From the IMG/VR virus record IMGVR_UViG_3300027782_003601, positions 1 through 64,000 of that record: a stretch of DNA of 64,000 bases; one strand, written 5' to 3'. Below the pieces are notes generated by a model. The model saw only the letters and a program-made list of their open reading frames with translations, made no database searches and had not been told where the DNA came from. The stretch's first letter is position 1. The number at the start of each line of letters is the position of its first letter. The DNA comes from a virus. The translations under genes were made by a program, and so were the position numbers. Positions 57,577-64,000 of the stretch are shown piece by piece.

Positions 57577-58585
57577 ATGGATTATATCCGCACTCCCAGA
57601 AGAACCTACAAAGGAACAAATTGCAATAATAAAACCATTAGAGTTAGAAGTTGGAAAACCTATCCCAAAAGATAAGTTAATTCCACTTTTAGCTGTCAAT
57701 GGTATTGTTGTTAAGATAAATGATTTTTACATTTTATCGGAACAAACACTTTCCGATATAAAAAATTCCAATAATCCACACTACGACATTGTTGAAAATG
57801 GTAAAGTAATGGGAATACCTATGGGTAAAACTATACCTATTATTGAAATATCGGATAAGCAGTTAGAAGCAATTGGAAATACAAGAGATATTGCAAATAA
57901 AAATGCAGGTGTTAAATCAGTTGATTATATCTATGAAACTGAACTTGAAATGGGAATTCCTATTGGATTAATTAATCAAATCAATTATACACTATCTCCA
58001 GATATTTCAAGACCATCCGATAGATTTGAAACATTTGATTGGGCATTACAATCAGAACGCAATCCTAATGCGTATAATGTAAATCAATTAAAAAATGATA
58101 CTGCACAAGATAAAGAAAAATCATTAGATACTAAAAAAATGGCAACATTTTTAACCGGAGTTAGTTCTCTTTTGAAAATAATACAAAAAGATTTTGAAGA
58201 TGTTAAACAATGTTTTCAAAATGCAACATTACCCGGATTATCAACAACTACTTGGGATATGGTTGCAACAACCGATACATCAAATGATACATCTATTAAA
58301 CCACAAGTTGTTTCAAAATCTTCTACAATAGTGGCAGTTGGTGACACACCATTAGTTGCTAAAGAAAAAGCATTGAAAAAAGAACAAGATACAATTAAAG
58401 CGGATGTGGAAGCTGCTAAAACATCATTGGAACAAAAGATATCACAACAATCCGATGATTTCCAAAGAGCACAGCAGGGAGATATGGAAGCGCAAAATAG
58501 ATTAAGACAAGAAATTGCCAATACACAAGCTACTACTTCTGATGTTTATAGTAAATACGAAAAATTGAGTAAGAATATTCAATAA
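57521..58585 (+). CDS. Hypothetical protein with C-terminal coiled coil
   Basis: ORF track. Confidence 0.75.
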   Translation: MAKQPIEQNPKRYKKKEDKWIISALPEEPTKEQIAIIKPLELEVGKPIPKDKLIPLLAVNGIVVKINDFYILSEQTLSDIKNSNNPHYDIVENGKVMGIPMGKTIPIIEISDKQLEAIGNTRDIANKNAGVKSVDYIYETELEMGIPIGLINQINYTLSPDISRPSDRFETFDWALQSERNPNAYNVNQLKNDTAQDKEKSLDTKKMATFLTGVSSLLKIIQKDFEDVKQCFQNATLPGLSTTTWDMVATTDTSNDTSIKPQVVSKSSTIVAVGDTPLVAKEKALKKEQDTIKADVEAAKTSLEQKISQQSDDFQRAQQGDMEAQNRLRQEIANTQATTSDVYSKYEKLSKNIQ

Positions 58586-58759
58586 TGAAAAAAATTCAAA
58601 TCTATACTAAATTAGTATTTGATATTATTATGGGAATTATAATGATTCCATTTATATTGATTATGTTAGGTGTTATTGTATTTGCATTATTTTTCCATTT
58701 TTCATATTGGTGGTATATCCGTAGAATAAAAAAATAAAAGTTATATATTTAAATATGTT

Positions 58760-59062
58760 ATGAATCTATCAGTTTTAAATACGTTGGAAAGAGGTTATGT
58801 TAAGTTACATTGGCATGAATACATTGAACGTGTCCAACTTACAATAGAACATTTGGAAACTATTGTAGATATGATTAATAATTTTAAATCAAACAAATCA
58901 GCAAAAGAATTAGTTGTATTTCGTTTCCAAAATATTCCCGCATATATTACAATTAAAAAAAGTGAATACATAGATATATTAAATTGGATACATGAACGTG
59001 CTTTGACTTTGGAAATATACGAATTATGTAAAAAAATAATTGATATAAAAAAATCGTTATGA
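58760..59062 (+). CDS. Hypothetical protein
   Basis: ORF track; LEIYELCKKI end. Confidence 0.65.
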   Translation: MNLSVLNTLERGYVKLHWHEYIERVQLTIEHLETIVDMINNFKSNKSAKELVVFRFQNIPAYITIKKSEYIDILNWIHERALTLEIYELCKKIIDIKKSL

Positions 59063-59310
59063 ATACTCCTTCAGAAATAATTAAAGCTTGGTGGATTGCC
59101 GCAAATCCATCTAAAGAACAATCAGAGTTAGCGCAAGAGCGATTATCAATATGCATGAAACCATGTGATTATCTTCAAGAATCTATTGTATTTGAATATG
59201 TATGTGGCGCTTGTGGGTGTCCCATTCGTAAAAAGATTTTTACTGCTAATAAAAAAGCATGTCCAAAAGAAAAATGGAATGAAGTAGAAGATAAATCGTA
59301 TCTTAAATAA
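59059..59310 (+). CDS. Cys-rich metal-binding protein
   Basis: RLSIC..C, CGACGC, CP..KW. Confidence 0.75.
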   Translation: MNTPSEIIKAWWIAANPSKEQSELAQERLSICMKPCDYLQESIVFEYVCGACGCPIRKKIFTANKKACPKEKWNEVEDKSYLK

Positions 59311-59351
59311 GTTTAATTTGTTAATTTGTAAAACTTTTCGTATCTTTGTAT

Positions 59352-59669
59352 ATGATTATAGTTCCACAAACACCCATAACAGAATCTAGCTTCCAAAAAT
59401 GGAAGTGTCATAGATTAGACGTAGAAGACGGATTAGATTCGTACCATTACTATGTAATTCCTTTAGTAGATATTGATGAAAAAGAATTGCCGGATATTGA
59501 AACAATACCTGCATTATTTAGTTCCGAATCGGATGCATTTTTAGATGATGATGGTAACCAATTATACACATTAAGATTATTTGATGATGACCTTCCTGAA
59601 TTAGAATTTGAAGAGGAAATAGAAATACTTTATAAAATTTTAACAAAAAAAGAAATATATTTAAAATAA
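59352..59669 (+). CDS. Acidic hypothetical protein
   Basis: ATG 59352. Confidence 0.65.
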   Translation: MIIVPQTPITESSFQKWKCHRLDVEDGLDSYHYYVIPLVDIDEKELPDIETIPALFSSESDAFLDDDGNQLYTLRLFDDDLPELEFEEEIEILYKILTKKEIYLK

Positions 59670-59747
59670 TTTGGAAAAGTTAAAAATTTTTCGTATATTT
59701 GATTTATCTTTTTTACTATACTTAAACTTTAAAGCAACAAAAGCAAC

Positions 59748-60392
59748 ATGAAAGAAAAAACAGAACAAGAATTAAAAGCAAATTACAACAGGTTCATTGA
59801 AATCCTTAAAAAGTATTTCACAGGAGAAAGATTAGAAAAATTGTTATTTATGTACTCAGAAGATGAGTTAGGATTAAATGTAACAGTATCACCAGCATCA
59901 GGTAATAAAAGTTATCATAACGCATATGATGGTGGTTATATAGACCACATCTTTAATGTTTGTAAGAATGCATTAAAAATGAAAAATTTATTTGAATCAA
60001 CAGGTGGTAAACCAGATTTTACTGATGAAGAATTATTATTTACAGCATTGCATCATGATTTAGGTAAATTAGGAATCAAAGGAGAATTGCATTATGTAGC
60101 TAATGATTCAGATTGGCATGTTAAAAATAGAGGTGAATACTATAAACGTAATGAAAGCATTCCATTTATGTCAATTACAGATAGAACATTTTTTACCTTA
60201 AATTATTATGGTATTCAGTATAATGAAAAAGAATACTTTGGTATAAAACTTACAGATGGATTATATGATGAAGATAATACTAAGTATTTAAAAGTATATG
60301 ATGCAAATAAAGCAGTTAAGTCCAACTTGCCTCATTTAATACATTGGGCTGACCATATGAGTACTGTAATTGAGTCACAAGATAACAATTAA
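59748..60392 (+). CDS. HD-domain phosphohydrolase
   Basis: PAS...HNAYDGGYIDH, HHDLGK, HWAD. Confidence 0.85.
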   Translation: MKEKTEQELKANYNRFIEILKKYFTGERLEKLLFMYSEDELGLNVTVSPASGNKSYHNAYDGGYIDHIFNVCKNALKMKNLFESTGGKPDFTDEELLFTALHHDLGKLGIKGELHYVANDSDWHVKNRGEYYKRNESIPFMSITDRTFFTLNYYGIQYNEKEYFGIKLTDGLYDEDNTKYLKVYDANKAVKSNLPHLIHWADHMSTVIESQDNN

Positions 60393-60407
60393 TAGGATAA
60401 AAAAGTA

Positions 60408-60468
60408 TGACATTTTTACATAAAGTATGACATTTTGTCATACTTTTTTGTTTTGGTGTAAAAATTGA
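60408..60468 (+). promoter_or_regulatory. TGACA-N3-TGTCA sites plus sigma54-like promoter of hsp20
   Basis: AAAGTATGACATTTTGTCATACTTT palindrome; TGGTGT-N5-TTGA. Confidence 0.55.
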
Positions 60469-60509
60469 AATACTATACTTAAATTTTAAACAATTAAACA
60501 ATTATTATT

Positions 60510-60902
60510 ATGAGCTTATTTAAAAACACAACTGGCTACAAATCAAATTTAGATGATTTATTTTTAGATTGGGATAATTTATACTCCCATGTTAAGCAAA
60601 ACTCAATTTCCAATTATACTACAAAAGAATTGGAAGATGGTAAAATTCAAGTAGATGTAAATGTATTGGGACACAACCCAAAAAATATCTTATTAGAAGT
60701 AACGGATGATAAGATTACAATCAAATCAACTAAGATAGAAGGAGAGTCTGATTTAATTAAAGATATTGATTTTAGTTTCAAATTAGGTAAAGATTACGAT
60801 GGTACTAAATCTGAAGCTCAATTCAATAATGGAGTACTTTCAATCACCATTGAAAAGAAGGATGAAAGAAAGGCAAAAAAATTATCTATTAACATTAGGT
60901 AA
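60510..60902 (+). CDS. Small heat-shock protein (Hsp20)
   Basis: Alpha-crystallin pattern, AQFNNGVLSITI, C-terminal ISINI. Confidence 0.85.
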   Translation: MSLFKNTTGYKSNLDDLFLDWDNLYSHVKQNSISNYTTKELEDGKIQVDVNVLGHNPKNILLEVTDDKITIKSTKIEGESDLIKDIDFSFKLGKDYDGTKSEAQFNNGVLSITIEKKDERKAKKLSINIR

Positions 60903-60927
60903 TATAAGTTATTTTTTGTATATTTAG

Positions 60928-60959
60928 AAGGTAGGAGCATATAGTTCCTACCTTTTTTT
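60928..60959 (+). terminator. Intrinsic terminator
   Basis: AAGGTAGGAGC/GTTCCTACCTT plus T-tract. Confidence 0.75.
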
Positions 60960-60979
60960 ATAAATAAATATTTATTACT

Positions 60980-61165
60980 ATGAGTATGATGTACAAAAGT
61001 CAAATCCAAAACCTATTGGTTGTGTTGGATGGTAAATTAAGAATTTTGGAGGGAGCAGCATCGGGTGCTATGAAACTTGCTCCTAACGATGTTATTCAAT
61101 TAGTTCAAGATATTAGAAAAGTTTCTGATAGAATAGCTGAATTAATAAACATTGAAAGAGATTAA
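60980..61165 (+). CDS. Small helical protein
   Basis: ORF track. Confidence 0.7.
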   Translation: MSMMYKSQIQNLLVVLDGKLRILEGAASGAMKLAPNDVIQLVQDIRKVSDRIAELINIERD

Positions 61166-62275
61166 ATGAACTGGCTTAAATATTTAGTAGGTATATCAGC
61201 GGTATTGGTTGCAGGATGTGCAGCTTATTTCTCCGTAACTGGATTGGGTGTTCTATTTAGTGGAGCATCAACGGCAGTAATGGTAATGGCAGGTTCTTTG
61301 GAATTTGCTAAATTAGTAACTGCTACTTATTTAAAACAAGTATGGGATGACATTAAGGGTTTCAATAAGGTATATTTAACAATATCTGTTGCAATTCTTA
61401 TGTTAATCACATCAGCAGGTATTTTTGGATACCTTTCAAACGCATTTCAAGCACAATCTTTAGAATTACAACGGGTAGATAGGGAAATCGCTGTTCATCA
61501 AACTAAAATTGACCAAAATACTGCTCAAATTGAGCAACTTTCTACTCAAATTACAGAATTTAACACCAATCAAGGTAAATTATTGAATGGTGGTTCAGTT
61601 AATAGGAGATTAATTAACTCTATTGATAACAGAGATAAACAAATTTCTAAAATTAACGATAAAATTTCAGATTTACAGATTCAAAATGGTCAAGAAACTG
61701 AAAAAATTAACCAAATTAAAATTTCTAACTTAAATTTAGAAAAAGAAGTAGGTGGGTTTAGGTTTGTTGCCGATGCATTTGGTGTAGAATTGAAAAATGT
61801 TGTAAAATTCTTTATTTTTATCATTGTTATAGTGTTTGACCCTCTCGCAGTTGCCCTAATTATCGCATTTAATGGGTTAATTGATGATAAAAAGAAAAAA
61901 CAAAAAGAAATTTTAACCGAAATGATGGAAAATGACCAAAAATTAGGATTATATGAGGTATATGGTGATACTAAAGAAGATATAGTGGAAAATAATTTAC
62001 AAAATGAGGTAAATAGTGGAAAAAAATTACCAAATGAAGAAGAAAGCGAAGTCATAATGGAAAATATTCGTATTCCAATAGATTCCGATGGTGATGGTGT
62101 AATTGATGGGTGGGATACCGATGGTGATGGGTTAATAAATGAATGGAAAGAAATTGGTCCAAGAAATGGTATGCAACCATATTATGCAAAACCTGATTTT
62201 GATTGGAATAATAAAAATGCTTGGATAAATGACCAAAATGCAGTTAATTTTTGGTTAAAATACAAAAAATCATAA
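61166..62275 (+). CDS. Membrane protein with coiled coil and DxDGDG motif
   Basis: 3 N-terminal TM, coiled coil, VFDPLAVAL TM. Confidence 0.8.
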   Translation: MNWLKYLVGISAVLVAGCAAYFSVTGLGVLFSGASTAVMVMAGSLEFAKLVTATYLKQVWDDIKGFNKVYLTISVAILMLITSAGIFGYLSNAFQAQSLELQRVDREIAVHQTKIDQNTAQIEQLSTQITEFNTNQGKLLNGGSVNRRLINSIDNRDKQISKINDKISDLQIQNGQETEKINQIKISNLNLEKEVGGFRFVADAFGVELKNVVKFFIFIIVIVFDPLAVALIIAFNGLIDDKKKKQKEILTEMMENDQKLGLYEVYGDTKEDIVENNLQNEVNSGKKLPNEEESEVIMENIRIPIDSDGDGVIDGWDTDGDGLINEWKEIGPRNGMQPYYAKPDFDWNNKNAWINDQNAVNFWLKYKKS

Positions 62276-62316
62276 CAAAGCTTGTTTTTATGAAATAAAT
62301 GTTGTATATTTATACT

Positions 62317-63222
62317 ATGAATATAGGATATGCATGTATTAATATGACGATGGGTAAAAAAGTTACCACAAATCGTTCAATGGTGAAAAAAACGTTCAAT
62401 GCCAAAGGCTTGGATTATGTTTCGGAGTTGGCATTAGCAAATGCTAAAGATATTATCAAAATTTTAGAATGGAATAGACAACATAAGATTCATTTCTTTC
62501 GTCTATCTTCTGCAATTATTCCGTGGGGTGATAATTTAGACTTAACTCAATTAAAAGATTATAAAGAGATTAAGAATGAATTAAAGAAAGCAGGTGATTA
62601 CGCTAAACTTCATAACATCCGTATAACATCACACCCAGGTCCATTTAATGTATTGGTTTCTCCAAATGAGAAAGTAATTTTGGCTACAATAGCAGATTTA
62701 GAATTACATGGTAAAATCTTTGATATGATGGGGTTAGAATTATCGCCTTATAATAAGATTAATATTCATTGTAATGGCGTTTACGGAGATAAAAAATCTG
62801 CAATGGATAGATTCATCAAAAACTTTCAAAGACTCTCTAAATCGGTACAAAAACGACTTACAATTGAGAATGATGATAAAGCATCTATGTATTCAGTTAA
62901 AGATTTAATGTATATACATAAAGCAATCAAAATACCGATTGTATTTGATTATCATCATCATACATTTTGTACAGGTGATTTATCAGAAGAAGATGCACTT
63001 AAACTAGCAGCTACAACTTGGCCCAAAGGTATTACGCCAGTTGTACATTATTCCGAATCAAAGGCATTGCATGAAAATAATCCAAAAGAAAAACCACAAT
63101 CCCATTCATTATATATCAATACTCTACCTAATACATACGAATTGGTTGTGGACATTATGTTGGAATGCAAAGCTAAAGAGCTTGCTTTATTAGATATAAA
63201 AAAAAAATATAAAATAGATTGA
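62317..63222 (+). CDS. uvsE: UV damage endonuclease
   Basis: IGYACIN, FRLSS, HPG.F, END, FDYHHH, HYSE, MLECKAKE. Confidence 0.93.
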   Translation: MNIGYACINMTMGKKVTTNRSMVKKTFNAKGLDYVSELALANAKDIIKILEWNRQHKIHFFRLSSAIIPWGDNLDLTQLKDYKEIKNELKKAGDYAKLHNIRITSHPGPFNVLVSPNEKVILATIADLELHGKIFDMMGLELSPYNKINIHCNGVYGDKKSAMDRFIKNFQRLSKSVQKRLTIENDDKASMYSVKDLMYIHKAIKIPIVFDYHHHTFCTGDLSEEDALKLAATTWPKGITPVVHYSESKALHENNPKEKPQSHSLYINTLPNTYELVVDIMLECKAKELALLDIKKKYKID

Positions 63223-63237
63223 ACCAAAAACAAATAA

Positions 63238-63885
63238 ATGAAATTAATTACAGATAAAAACACAAATGGTTTAACATCCAAAGAATTTACAGAATTCTTA
63301 AAAACTCCTACATTATATTCTACTTTTACAAAAGAAGAAGCAGATGAATTAGAACAAACACTTAAAAAAGGATTGGAAACATATCCAGGTTTAGGTATTT
63401 CGGCAACTCAATTAGGAATTAAAAAAAGAGCATGTTATATTAAGTTTGGTGATGATGAAAATGGTGTAGAATTATTTTTATTAAATCCAATTATTAAAGA
63501 ACGTAGCAAAGATGGATTTTTATTTTACGAAGGATGCTTATCTATTCCAAAAACAATAACTACTCCATTAAAAACTATTCGTGCTACTAAAGTTGTTGTT
63601 TCAACGGATAATTTAGGTGAATTAACATTTGAAATTAATCCAGATGGGGATAAAGCAAATGAAAAAGTTTCACAAGAAACAATGATGACAGTTATTGTTC
63701 AGCATGAGATTGACCACTTAGATGGGTTTACTATTAAAGATAGAGTTTATTCAACTACCCGTTCTGTTAAAAATAATTATGGGAGAAACGATTTAGTTGT
63801 AATGAAATCACCGGATGGTGAAATGATTGAAGTTAAATATAAGAAAGCAAATCAGTTTTTCTTAAAAGGATATGAAGTAGTTTAA
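63238..63885 (+). CDS. def: Peptide deformylase
   Basis: GLGISATQLG, EGCLS, QHEIDHLDG. Confidence 0.93.
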   Translation: MKLITDKNTNGLTSKEFTEFLKTPTLYSTFTKEEADELEQTLKKGLETYPGLGISATQLGIKKRACYIKFGDDENGVELFLLNPIIKERSKDGFLFYEGCLSIPKTITTPLKTIRATKVVVSTDNLGELTFEINPDGDKANEKVSQETMMTVIVQHEIDHLDGFTIKDRVYSTTRSVKNNYGRNDLVVMKSPDGEMIEVKYKKANQFFLKGYEVV

Positions 63886-64000
63886 TATGATATTTTTATA
63901 CATAACAATTGCAATTTTATTAGCATTATCCATAATATTGGGTTATGTTATTATTATAAATTTACGAAAGTTGGAAAGTTACGAAGATTTCATTGAAAAA

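Noticed and set aside
63778-63800. SEC-C zinc motif at the deformylase C-terminus (GRND)
   Set aside because: The Cys ligands are absent, so it is at most a vestige.

Overview
This AT-rich window is almost entirely + strand and gene-dense. It looks like part of a large lytic dsDNA (jumbo) phage genome. The likely host is Bacteroidota: promoters read TTG-N~20-TAnnTTTG, start regions are A-rich without Shine-Dalgarno, and lipoproteins are Bacteroidota-like. Contents: (i) 0.1-6 kb, auxiliary enzymes (RimK-like ligase, LpxH-like phosphoesterase, glycosyltransferase, nuclease). (ii) 7.7-12.1 kb, proteins sharing an N-terminal MIKLKxLLxE peptide, ending with a T3-like SAM lyase. (iii) 12.6-21.5 kb, an RNA island: tmRNA, a ~800 nt GOLLD-like RNA, 26 tRNAs covering all 20 amino acids, aberrant tRNA-like RNAs, stem-closed spacer RNAs, boxA-like sites and a nuclease/methyltransferase pair. 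(iv) 21.5-64 kb: vWA + MoxR AAA pair, thyA, apt, MTA/SAH nucleosidase, heme oxygenase + bilin reductase, promoter-per-gene early modules, an RNA repair set, a homing endonuclease, HD protein, Hsp20, UvsE and peptide deformylase. The most striking unannotated element is at 14571-14764, directly upstream of the tRNA array: a 43-codon leader peptide with all 20 amino acids in its first 33 codons, coupled to a terminator/antiterminator switch. This is an apparent universal tRNA-shortage attenuator. All calls come from manual motif reading; no searches were run.
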